Source: Candidatus Velamenicoccus archaeovorus
GTDB lineage: Bacteria > Omnitrophota > Gorgyraeia > Velamenicoccales > Velamenicoccaceae
Assembly: GCF_004102945.1 (NCBI RefSeq)
Contig: NZ_CP019384.1
Location: 1,320,001 to 1,352,000 of the forward strand
Length of the DNA: 32,000 bases
Reading direction: 5' to 3'
Position numbers and translations under genes: made by a program. Position 1 is the first letter of the stretch. The number at the start of each line of letters is the position of its first letter. Of this stretch, positions 9,287 through 16,978 are shown piece after piece. The notes beneath the pieces were generated by a model. That model ran no database searches. It was not told the origin of the DNA and worked only from the letters and a program-made list of their open reading frames with translations.

Positions 9287-9973
9287 TTATTTGAGTTTTT
9301 TTTCCAGGTCTTTGACGCGTTCTTCCAGATCTTCCAGAGACTGCATCAAAGGGTCGAGGACATGGATGTGGTCGAGGAGCCTGTCGATCTTTTTGCCATC
9401 CTGCCTTGTGATGCGCCCGGGGACACCCACCACCGTCGCATTCGGCGGGACATCCTTCAGGACAACGGCGTTGGCGCCGATATAGGAATTGTCGCCCACC
9501 GTGATGTTCCCCAGGACCTTGGCGCCTGTGCCGATGACAACATTGTCGCCGATATTCGGATGCCGCTTGCCCTTCTCCTTGCCGGTCCCCCCGAGAGTCA
9601 CGCCCTGATAGAGCGTCACATTCTTGCCGACTACAGAGGTCTCCCCGATCACCACGCCCATCCCGTGATCGATAAAAAGCCCATCGCCGATCTGCGCGGC
9701 CGGATGTATCTCGACACCGGTAAAAAACCGGGAAACCTGCGACAACAACCGCGGCAAAAACGGGACCCTCATCCGGTAGAGGGCGTGGGCGATCCGGTGC
9801 ATCACCAACGCCTGGAGCCCGGCATACAAAAGGACCACCTCAAGGTAACTGCGCGCGGCCGGATCCCTGTCGAAGACGGCATCGACCTCCTTCTTGAAAA
9901 TGATCAAAACAAAAACAATCCATGCCAACAACAGGATCACAAGCGTTCCGACGATATGCAAAAAGATGGTCAT
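9287..9973 (-). CDS. cysE: Serine O-acetyltransferase (short Gram-positive type) with an extra hydrophobic N-terminal segment
   Basis: [10 protein letters not shown].., [24 protein letters not shown] hexapeptide repeats, [11 protein letters not shown]. Close to my recollection of B. subtilis CysE. N-terminal 26 residues are [26 protein letters not shown]. Confidence 0.9.
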   Translation of the reverse strand: MTIFLHIVGTLVILLLAWIVFVLIIFKKEVDAVFDRDPAARSYLEVVLLYAGLQALVMHRIAHALYRMRVPFLPRLLSQVSRFFTGVEIHPAAQIGDGLFIDHGMGVVIGETSVVGKNVTLYQGVTLGGTGKEKGKRHPNIGDNVVIGTGAKVLGNITVGDNSYIGANAVVLKDVPPNATVVGVPGRITRQDGKKIDRLLDHIHVLDPLMQSLEDLEERVKDLEKKLK

Positions 9974-10057
9974 GATGTCTTCTCCCCTCCCTCGTCTGCC
10001 CCGAAAAGTTTTACCGGCTCCCGCCTTTATGCACGAGGGGCCGAATATGGAAAAAAA

Positions 10058-10564
10058 TCATCTGGTCTTTTTGATCAGGGCGACGGCATAGGCCGCAGCA
10101 GCGCGCCCGCGCCCGATCTCGCCGACGCCCTCGTGGGTCGTCGCCTTGATGGAAATGTTTTCTATCCCCACGCCGAGCACGGCACCGATCTTTGCCTTCA
10201 TCTCCGGAACAAAAGGCGCGATTTTCGGCCTCTCCAGGATCACCATCACATCGGCATTCGAAACGGCAAAATGCCTGCGTCTCAGAAGCCGGACAACCTG
10301 CTCAAGAAAGTCAAGGCTGGAAACGTTGCGGCAAGCGGGATCTCCCGGCGGAAAGTGGTGCCCGATATCGCCCGCCCCCATGGCACCCAAGAAGGCATCG
10401 CAAAGGGCATGCAGGACGACATCCGCATCGGAATGCCCCAGAAGCCCCTTCCCAAAAGGAACCACCACGCCCCCGAGAACAAGTTTTCTTTTCGGCGCGA
10501 ACCGATGGATATCGTAACCGATGCCGACTCTATAATTCATATCAAAAAGATTTGTTGTCTCCAT
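10058..10564 (-). CDS. ispF: 2-C-methyl-D-erythritol 2,4-cyclodiphosphate synthase
   Basis: Track ORF 10058..10756 runs into ispD. The conserved part starts after the internal Met at 10564 (METTNLFDMNYRVGIGYDIHRF..GHSDADV..). Alternative start at 10540. Confidence 0.9.
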   Translation of the reverse strand: METTNLFDMNYRVGIGYDIHRFAPKRKLVLGGVVVPFGKGLLGHSDADVVLHALCDAFLGAMGAGDIGHHFPPGDPACRNVSSLDFLEQVVRLLRRRHFAVSNADVMVILERPKIAPFVPEMKAKIGAVLGVGIENISIKATTHEGVGEIGRGRAAAAYAVALIKKTR

Positions 10565-10610
10565 AGAGCTTAACTCAACAAACTCTATGAACTCAAAAGA
10601 CTCAAAAAAA

Positions 10611-11309
10611 CTATTCCAACGCCCTGATGCCCGCAATAGCATCGGCAAAAACAAGATCTTCCTGCGTCGTGATCTTGATATTGAAATAAGACCCCATGAC
10701 AACCTTGACCCTTTTTCCCATCTTTTCGACCAGTGAAGCGTCGTCGGGAACGCCAAGCTTGCTTGAACGCAAGTAAGCCTTCTGGATCAATTCTCTCTCA
10801 AAGACCTGGGGCGTCTGTATCTCCCAGAGATAATCCCGCTTGAGCGTCTCATCAACTTCCATGCGGTGGTTCAGCCTCTTGATGGTCGGCTTAACGGGAA
10901 CGCCCAGCACGGCCGCCCCGCACACCTTGGCTTCTTCGATCACACGCGTGATGCCCCCTTCATCCACAAAGGGCCTCACGCCGTCATGGACCAAAACAAA
11001 CTTCGTTCTCATGTCCACAACCTCCAGGCCGTTCCTGACCGATTCTTTACGCGAGGCGCCGCCGGCGATCACGCGGGCGACTTTGGTCAATTTGAACTTC
11101 CTGACAAAAGAACGCGCCTCCTCCAGACCATCGGGATGAAAGATCAATACGATCTCATCGACCAAGGGATGGGCCTGAAAAACCTCCAGCGTATAGACGA
11201 TGATCGGCTTATCCTTGATCTCGATCAGCGGCTTGGCCAGATTAAGGTGCATCCTGGAGCCGAGTCCGGCGGCGGGAATCAGGGCTGTGATCTTGCATCC
11301 TTCAGACAT
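10611..11309 (-). CDS. ispD: 2-C-methyl-D-erythritol 4-phosphate cytidylyltransferase
   Basis: ALIPAAGLGSRM N-terminal motif and IspD length (232 aa). Confidence 0.9.
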   Translation of the reverse strand: MSEGCKITALIPAAGLGSRMHLNLAKPLIEIKDKPIIVYTLEVFQAHPLVDEIVLIFHPDGLEEARSFVRKFKLTKVARVIAGGASRKESVRNGLEVVDMRTKFVLVHDGVRPFVDEGGITRVIEEAKVCGAAVLGVPVKPTIKRLNHRMEVDETLKRDYLWEIQTPQVFERELIQKAYLRSSKLGVPDDASLVEKMGKRVKVVMGSYFNIKITTQEDLVFADAIAGIRALE

Positions 11310-11321
11310 AACTTAGCGTGG

Positions 11322-11619
11322 GGCCCACGGCCTGCCCGCCCGCTTGTCTTCGACAAGCAGACGGACGAGCCGTCAGGCGTACCGCGACCTCTTTGTATTC
11401 CCGGGTTCTCATGGTCGCTTGCCTGCCCGAATACCCGTGGCGGTGCCTAAAGACACCGCCAATCCCTCTTGACAGCTAGGACATTTGGGGGCCGGGCAAA
11501 GCTCAACGGCGCATCTGTCCGAGAGGCAAACCGCTGGCTTCCACTTTCTCGGCGCTCGGTGAAACTCCGCACCTAAAGCCTTTAGGGCTAGATGGAAATC
11601 CCGGGTTTTCCGGTGGGCC
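11322..11619. ncRNA. Candidate structured RNA of unknown family (strand unresolved)
   Basis: GC-rich non-coding gap. End pairing GGCCCAC (11322-11328) / GTGGGCC (11613-11619). Perfect hairpins at 11342-11358, 11360-11374, 11439-11460 and 11572-11586. TCCCGGGTT occurs at 11399-11407 and 11599-11607; GCCTGCCCG at 11330-11338 and 11421-11429. No family assignment is possible by eye. Confidence 0.35.
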
Positions 11620-11625
11620 GTCATG

Positions 11626-11668
11626 CCAAAAAACAGGTCCCGCCAACCATCACGATGCCTGACGGGAC
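11626..11668 (-). terminator. Rho-independent terminator of yacL
   Basis: On the minus strand GUCCCGUC (from 11661-11668) pairs with GGCGGGAC (from 11637-11644): 8 bp including one G.U, which would be C.A on the plus strand. Followed by CUGUUUUUUGG. The yacL stop codon (11650-11652) lies in the loop. Confidence 0.6.
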
Positions 11669-12660
11669 GGACCTTCAGGCTTGGCGAAGACCATACGGCC
11701 GGCCTGTGTCTGCAAAACCGACGTGATGGACACGCGGACAGACTGGCCGATAAACCGGCGGGCGTCCTCCACGACGACCATCGTGCCGTCGTCGAGATAA
11801 GCGATCGCCTGGTTATGTTCTTTGCCTTCCTTGATGGGTTTCACCTCCAAGGCCTCTCCCGGCAGAACGACGCTTTTGAGGGCATTGGCCAACTCATTGA
11901 TATTCAGGACCTTGACGCCCTGGAGTTCTGAAATACGGTTGAGATTGAAATCCACCGTAAAAATCTTGGCCTCAAGCAGTTTGGCCAGTTTGACCAGTTT
12001 TCCATCCACGTCGCGCGTGTCGGGAAAATCCTCCTCGTGAACGACAAGATTGAAGCGTGCATCGCTGCGGATCATGTGCAGGATCTCCAGCCCCCTGCGT
12101 CCCCGCTGGCGTTTGACCGCATCCGCCGAATCGGCGATCGTCTGCAATTCTTTCAAGACAAAACGCGGCACGACGAGACGAGCTTCGACAAAAGAAGTTT
12201 TGAGGATATCGACAACACGCCCGTCGATGATGGCGCTTGTGTCCAGGACGACGGTGTCGGCCTTCTCGTCCTGCCGCCTGAACTTGACATAAGGAATGAT
12301 GAGGTTGAACTCATCCCGCCCCCTGAGGGCGATCGCCATGCCCAGATAGGCGAAAGACAACGTCAAGAGATAAGCGGAAATGTCCTTCATGGATTTATCC
12401 AGGGGAAAAAGCGTAAAGAGCGCCGAGGTCATCAGGCGCGAAATGATCAGGCCCAGGATCAAGCCGAAGACGGCGCTGGACAGCCCCCTGACTGAAATAC
12501 CGCGCATGCCGGCCTCCAGTATGATGATGAGAAGACCGAAGCCGAAACCGCTCAGAGATGTCCAGTAGATATTGAAATCATTGACCTCCCCGATCTGGTA
12601 GCCGACGAGCGTCGAACAGATCAAAAACAGGATCCTGATGAACAACATGGTCATATTCAT
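11650..12660 (-). CDS. yacL: Membrane-anchored PIN + TRAM domain protein (YacL family)
   Basis: N-terminal hydrophobic helices, central PIN-like region (VVLDTSAIIDGR..), C-terminal TRAM-like beta region. Position between radA and ispD matches B. subtilis. Confidence 0.8.
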   Translation of the reverse strand: MNMTMLFIRILFLICSTLVGYQIGEVNDFNIYWTSLSGFGFGLLIIILEAGMRGISVRGLSSAVFGLILGLIISRLMTSALFTLFPLDKSMKDISAYLLTLSFAYLGMAIALRGRDEFNLIIPYVKFRRQDEKADTVVLDTSAIIDGRVVDILKTSFVEARLVVPRFVLKELQTIADSADAVKRQRGRRGLEILHMIRSDARFNLVVHEEDFPDTRDVDGKLVKLAKLLEAKIFTVDFNLNRISELQGVKVLNINELANALKSVVLPGEALEVKPIKEGKEHNQAIAYLDDGTMVVVEDARRFIGQSVRVSITSVLQTQAGRMVFAKPEGPSRQAS

Positions 12661-12725
12661 AAAAAACTCCCCTCTTCACGGACACCGGTCGGTGTCGCAT
12701 CTATGAGATAAAAAATGAATCCGGA

Positions 12726-14099
12726 TCACCCTTTCCAGAGCGCCTTCATGGCTTCCGAGAGATCGGATACGGCTATGAGCTTCATGCCCGCATCCTTCCA
12801 CTCCTTCAATGCCTGCGCATTGCTCCGGGGGAGGATACATTTCTTAAATCCGAGCTTCTGCGCCTCATTGACCCTCAAAGCGATGTTGGCGACGCTGCGC
12901 ACTTCCGAGCCCAACCCGACCTCGCCAAGGAGGACCGTGTCGAAACCGATGACCTTGTCTTCGATGCTTGAGGCGACCGCCAGGCAGACGGCCAGGTCGA
13001 TCGCCGGATCATCGATCTTCATGCCGCCGACGACGTTCACGAAAATATCCTTATCGAACAATTTAAGCGACAGCCGCTTCTCTAAAACCGCGGCCAGCAG
13101 GCTCAGCCGGTTGTAATCAATGCCCTGGGTCTTGCGGCGCGTCACCCCGAAATTCGCCTTGGAGACCAGGGCCTGGACCTCGATCAGGATCGGACGCGTC
13201 CCCTCCAGAACGGGTACGACGGCGCTGCCCGAGACTTCTTTGGGCCGTTCCGCCAGAAAGATCTGCGACGGATTGCCGACTTCCTCCAGCCCCCTGGCGC
13301 CCATCTCGAAGACGCCGATCTCATTGGTGGAGCCGAACCTATTCTTGATGGCCCTCAAGATGCGGTAGCTCGAAAAACGCTCTCCTTCAAAATACAAGAC
13401 CGTATCCACGATGTGTTCCAACACGCGCGGGCCGGCGATCATTCCCTCTTTGGTGACATGGCCGATCAGGACGATCGAAATCCCCGTCTGCTTGGCCAGC
13501 TGCGTCAGGATACCGGCGCACTCGCGCACCTGACTGACGCTTCCGGCGCTAGACGACAGACCGGGGGAATAGACGACTTGGATCGAATCGACGACCACAA
13601 GGTCCGGCAGAAATTTTTTGACGGCATCTATGACGGCGTCCAGATCCGTCACATTGACGATGAAAAAGGAATCCTGAGGACCGGCCCCCAGCCGATCGGC
13701 GCGCATCTTGGTCTGCTGGATGGACTCTTCACCGCTGACATAAAGGATCTTCTTGCCCGAGTGCGCCAGCTTTTGACACAGCTGGAGCGATATCGTCGAC
13801 TTGCCGATACCGGGGTCCCCGCCTACCAAGACCACGGACCCGCGCACCACGCCGCCGCCCAGGACGCGATCAAGTTCCTGCATGCCGACCTTCATGCGTT
13901 CCTGTTCCAGGGATTCAACCGTATGCAGAAGGACAGGCTCACGGTAGGAAACGCCGCGGGAGGCCGGCCGGACAACCGTTTCTTCCTCGACAAACGAATT
14001 CCAGCTTGAGCAATCCGGGCAACGGCCGAGCCATTTCGGCGAACTGAAACCGCAATTCTGGCAGACAAAAGCCGCCTTTGTTTTTGAAATCTTAGGCAT
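12726..14099 (-). CDS. radA: DNA repair protein RadA/Sms
   Basis: Zn finger CQNCGFSSPKWLGRCPDCSSWNS, Walker A GDPGIGKST, KNRFG motif, Lon-like C-terminal domain. Start moved to the internal ATG at 14099 (MPKISKTKAAFVC). Confidence 0.95.
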   Translation of the reverse strand: MPKISKTKAAFVCQNCGFSSPKWLGRCPDCSSWNSFVEEETVVRPASRGVSYREPVLLHTVESLEQERMKVGMQELDRVLGGGVVRGSVVLVGGDPGIGKSTISLQLCQKLAHSGKKILYVSGEESIQQTKMRADRLGAGPQDSFFIVNVTDLDAVIDAVKKFLPDLVVVDSIQVVYSPGLSSSAGSVSQVRECAGILTQLAKQTGISIVLIGHVTKEGMIAGPRVLEHIVDTVLYFEGERFSSYRILRAIKNRFGSTNEIGVFEMGARGLEEVGNPSQIFLAERPKEVSGSAVVPVLEGTRPILIEVQALVSKANFGVTRRKTQGIDYNRLSLLAAVLEKRLSLKLFDKDIFVNVVGGMKIDDPAIDLAVCLAVASSIEDKVIGFDTVLLGEVGLGSEVRSVANIALRVNEAQKLGFKKCILPRSNAQALKEWKDAGMKLIAVSDLSEAMKALWKG

Positions 14100-14113
14100 A
14101 GAAAAGATAGATG

Positions 14114-14244
14114 ACCAATAACCAAGACACAAAAATCAAGCACATCCCAATATCCAATCACCAATGACTAAAAAAGCATTATTTGGTTATTCAGATCTGG
14201 TTATTGATTATTGTTTGATGATCGTTTCTTGGAATTTGGTTATT
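14114..14244 (-). promoter_or_regulatory. AT-rich repeat array between the mlaD stop and radA start (candidate operator/promoter region)
   Basis: TTGGTTATT at 14183-14191 and 14236-14244. CTGGTTATT at 14197-14205. Exact reverse complement AATAACCAA at 14117-14125. Heptad-phased CCAATAT/CCAATCA/CCAATGA at 14147-14167. Confidence 0.35.
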
Positions 14245-14248
14245 AAAA

Positions 14249-14881
14249 TTACTCCGCACCCTTGGGACGATAGAGCAGTTTCCAGGGGTGCTTCTTCAAA
14301 TCAGCGAACATCTCTTCGATGTCCGCATAAAGCCTGTCGTCCGTAAAAAGCTTCCCGATCGTGCCGCGGCCTTCATGCATGTCGGTCAGGATACTGTTCA
14401 ACGCGTCAAGGGTATCTTTCGTCTTCAAGGCGATATCCTTGGCCAGGTCCGTCACCTCCTGGACGCTCGTCGGGTCTTCGCCGACCAAAAGGCCATCGGC
14501 CACAAGGACCTTGTTGTAATCCCTGCCGGGGATGATCTCCAGATATTTTTCCCCCAGGAGCCCCAGCGTATTGACCCACGCCCGGGAATCGACCGGGACC
14601 TGCGTATCACCCTCCAGCCATATGCGGATAAAAACCGCCGGCTTGCCGTCGGTGCTGTGCGTCAGCTTAATCTCCTTAACCTCACCCTTGTCGACGCCGG
14701 CCACGCGCACGGGCGCGCCGATCTTAATGCCGTTGGCAAAACCAAACATGACGCGCAGATTATAGCCGCTGGCGGTCAGTTTGACATCGCCGATCCTGAA
14801 AATAAACCAGGACAGGATCAGGATGCCGAGAAAGACAAAAATACCGACTTTAAACTCCAGGGATTTCGTATTTTGCGCCAT
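14249..14881 (-). CDS. mlaD: MlaD/MCE-family periplasmic substrate-binding component
   Basis: N-terminal TM helix (KVGIFVFLGILILSWFIF) followed by an MCE domain. Adjacent to mlaE and mlaF. AAGGAG SD. Confidence 0.8.
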   Translation of the reverse strand: MAQNTKSLEFKVGIFVFLGILILSWFIFRIGDVKLTASGYNLRVMFGFANGIKIGAPVRVAGVDKGEVKEIKLTHSTDGKPAVFIRIWLEGDTQVPVDSRAWVNTLGLLGEKYLEIIPGRDYNKVLVADGLLVGEDPTSVQEVTDLAKDIALKTKDTLDALNSILTDMHEGRGTIGKLFTDDRLYADIEEMFADLKKHPWKLLYRPKGAE

Positions 14882-14891
14882 GCAAGTCTCC

Positions 14892-15035
14892 TTAATCCGC
14901 CTCCGGCGGATTAGACCCTCCGCTATATGGAATGCGGAGGTCTACCCTTTCCGGGTTAATCCCGAAGCGTATCTTGAAAATATCTGTCTGCCCCTCGACA
15001 CTCTGTGGAGGCTGGCTGCAGATAGATACTTTCAA
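14892..15035 (-). promoter_or_regulatory. Structured leader upstream of mlaD (three hairpins)
   Basis: Hairpins at 14893-14913 (9 bp, abuts the SD at 14888-14893), 14914-14942 (CCTCCGC/GCGGAGG), and 14974-15035 (18-nt arms, 16/18 paired). Confidence 0.4.
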
Positions 15036-15063
15036 AATGTAAACGCAAGGGATGATATTAACT

Positions 15064-15117
15064 TCCTTAATTTTGCCTATAACCAGGCATTCTTCCCTGC
15101 AAAATGAAACCCTCCGC
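15064..15117 (-). repeat. Promoter-like cassette, copy B (20 nt identical to 25456-25475)
   Basis: TCCTTAATTTTGCCTATAAC at 15064-15083 is identical to 25456-25475, with further similarity through ..TGCAAAAT..CTCCG. On the minus strand it reads TTGCAG-N15-TATAGG-CAAAATTAAGGA. Confidence 0.5.
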
Positions 15118-15136
15118 TTATTCAGGAATACGGAGG
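15111..15136 (-). terminator. Weak terminator-like hairpin after mlaF
   Basis: CCTCCG/CGGAGG stem plus an inner 4 bp, followed on the minus strand by GUUUCAUUUUG. Sequence-related to the hairpin at 14914-14942. Confidence 0.3.
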
Positions 15137-15155
15137 CCTAAAAATTAAAATCTCC

Positions 15156-15935
15156 CTATCCCCCGTTCCTCCCGTTCGAATTCTGGCCGTCCGTGATCGG
15201 CCCATGGGCCGCACCTGTAATGAACTGGTGAACGTAAGGATCATGGGAATAACGGATTTCGTCCGGCGTGCCCTCGGCGATGATCTTGCCCTCATAAAGC
15301 ATCGCGATGCGGTCCGCCACCTTATAGGCGCTCCTCATATCATGCGTCACGACGATAGAGGTCACCTTCAGCTTGTCATGCAGCTCGTCGATCAGCTGGT
15401 TGATGGCATCTGCCGTGATGGGGTCCACGCCCGTCGTCGGCTCGTCATACAGGATGATCTTGGGGCGCGTACAGATCGCCCGCGCCAAAGCCACGCGTTT
15501 CTTCATGCCGCCGCTCAGGTCCGCCGGCATATAATGCTCCACATCATAAAGCCCGACAAGCGCCAGGGATTCCCTGACGCGTTTGTCGATCTCGGACTGG
15601 GCCATGCTCATGTGTTCGCGCAAGATGAATCCGACGTTCTCCCCCACTGTCAGCGAATCAAAAAGGGCGCCGCCCTGAAAGACCAGGCCAATCTCCATAT
15701 GGAGCTCATTGAGCTCCTTACCCTGCAGGGCAAGGACATCCTTGCCTTCCACACGCACGCCCCCCTCGTCCGGCTCCATGAGACGGACGATGTGCTTAAG
15801 CGTGACGCTCTTGCCCACACCCGAACGGCCGATGATGACCTTAGTCTCTCCTTCTTCGACGCTCAGGCTCATATGGTCCAAGACCTGCTTTCCGCCGAGG
15901 TTTTTTGAAACGTCTATCAACTCAATCATTGCCAT
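15156..15935 (-). CDS. mlaF: ABC transporter ATP-binding protein MlaF
   Basis: Walker A GRSGVGKSV, signature LSGGMKKRVALARA, Walker B ILYDEPTTGVD. Start moved to the internal ATG at 15935 (MAMIELIDV). Confidence 0.9.
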   Translation of the reverse strand: MAMIELIDVSKNLGGKQVLDHMSLSVEEGETKVIIGRSGVGKSVTLKHIVRLMEPDEGGVRVEGKDVLALQGKELNELHMEIGLVFQGGALFDSLTVGENVGFILREHMSMAQSEIDKRVRESLALVGLYDVEHYMPADLSGGMKKRVALARAICTRPKIILYDEPTTGVDPITADAINQLIDELHDKLKVTSIVVTHDMRSAYKVADRIAMLYEGKIIAEGTPDEIRYSHDPYVHQFITGAAHGPITDGQNSNGRNGG

Positions 15936-16057
15936 AGTAACCTGCCTGGCGCACCATCTTAAAAACAAGGGCCTTCCTTGCCGATAGAACCGATTGTTCA
16001 GCCATAATCTTAAACGTCAGAGATGGTCCCGCTAGAAATCTTGATCCCTAACGAAGC

Positions 16058-16852
16058 TTATTTCACAAAGAAATAAAACAAAGCCGTAAAGAAACAGTCT
16101 GCTGCAATGATCATGATGAAGGTGTTGACGACCGACATGGTCGTTGCCTTGCCGACGCCTTCCGCCCCGCCGCGCACATTCAGGCCTTCGTAACAGGCGA
16201 CCAGCGCTATGATCATACCGAACACAATGGTTTTTATCAGTCCCGTGAAAAGGTCCTTGTACACAAGGGTTTGAAAAGTCATGTTCATATAAAGGCTGGA
16301 ACGGATGCTCAAATTATAAACACCGATGAGGTAACCGCCGAAAATACCGATGGCGTCGGCAAAGATGGTCAAGACCGGCAGCATGATGCTCATGCTTAGA
16401 AGCCTGGGAACAACGAGGTATTTGATGGGATTGGAGCCGAGCGTCACCAGGGCGTCGACCTGCTCGGTCACGGCCATCGTCCCGAGCTCCGCGGTGATGC
16501 CGGCGCCGCTGCGGCCGGCGACGATCAAGGCCGTGATCACAGGCCCCAGCTCGCGCGTCAAAGCCACGGCGACGATGCTGGCGATGTAGATCTCGCTCGA
16601 CATCTTCAGCATGATGTAGGCAATCTGCAACGCCAGGATGACGCCGATAAAGAACGAGACGAGGGCGACTATCGGCAGGCTGTCGACGCCTACCTTCTTG
16701 GCCTGCTCAAGGATCCGGCCTCCTCCCAGAGGTCTGGCGGGAATAAGAACGGCCGCCTGGGCACCCAGGCTCACTACGCCCCCGAAAAAATGGATGAAAG
16801 ACAGGACCTTGGCGCCCAGGGCTATATAAAACGCCCTCTTGAAAAGAAACAT
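16058..16852 (-). CDS. mlaE: ABC transporter permease MlaE
   Basis: 264-aa polytopic membrane protein with MlaE-family pattern (..RELGPVITALIVAGRSGAGITAELGTM..). Confidence 0.9.
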   Translation of the reverse strand: MFLFKRAFYIALGAKVLSFIHFFGGVVSLGAQAAVLIPARPLGGGRILEQAKKVGVDSLPIVALVSFFIGVILALQIAYIMLKMSSEIYIASIVAVALTRELGPVITALIVAGRSGAGITAELGTMAVTEQVDALVTLGSNPIKYLVVPRLLSMSIMLPVLTIFADAIGIFGGYLIGVYNLSIRSSLYMNMTFQTLVYKDLFTGLIKTIVFGMIIALVACYEGLNVRGGAEGVGKATTMSVVNTFIMIIAADCFFTALFYFFVK

Positions 16853-16978
16853 ATGCTCCTCATGTTACAATAACACTCATCCTCTGCACACCCGACCAAA
16901 TGACTTCAACCTCCCGGCCGCCGCGTAAAAATATCAGCGTTGTTTTTCTCCGGCGAAATCCTTGGTTCCCGGCAGGGT

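Noticed and set aside
11322-11619. Calling the structured element RNase P RNA (rnpB), or a guanidine-I (ykkC) or cobalamin riboswitch, on the basis of short matches (GAGAGGCAAACCGC, GGTGAAACTCC, CTAGATGGAAATCCCGGG, GTCCGAGAGG).
   Set aside because: No canonical P4 can be formed: only the palindromic CCCGGG pairs, and the flanks are A.A or U.U. The region equivalent to J11/12-P12-J12/13 is about 25 nt. The A-rich CR-I context is missing on the strand where the other motifs fit. For the riboswitch options, the matching strand has no downstream gene. It needs a covariance-model search, not eyeballing.
11409-11624. 71-codon minus-strand ORF (MTAHRKTRDFHLALKALGAEFHRAPRKWKPAVCLSDRCAVELCPAPKCPSCQEG...) inside the yacL-ispD gap. 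It has several Cys residues and could pass for a small zinc-ribbon protein.
   Set aside because: Its ATG follows the yacL terminator U-tract directly, with no SD. It uses codons (CTA, TTA, CGA) that look uncommon in the neighbouring genes by eye. It runs through perfect hairpins. A non-coding interpretation seems more likely, though coding is not excluded.
14147-14167. Heptad repeats upstream of radA as CtsR operators. The mcsA-mcsB-clpC-radA context suggested this.
   Set aside because: The CtsR box is a GGTCAAA-type heptad repeat. The repeats here are CCAATNN and TTGGTTATT. No ctsR gene precedes mcsA, where ilvE overlaps it instead.
14911-15054. Open minus-strand frame across the mlaF-mlaD spacer. 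It is about 75 codons stop-to-stop, or 47 codons from the only in-frame TTG. It ends at the TAA inside the mlaD SD.
   Set aside because: There is no ATG or GTG start and no SD before the TTG. The frame runs through three stable hairpins. Such an open frame is plausible by chance in this composition.
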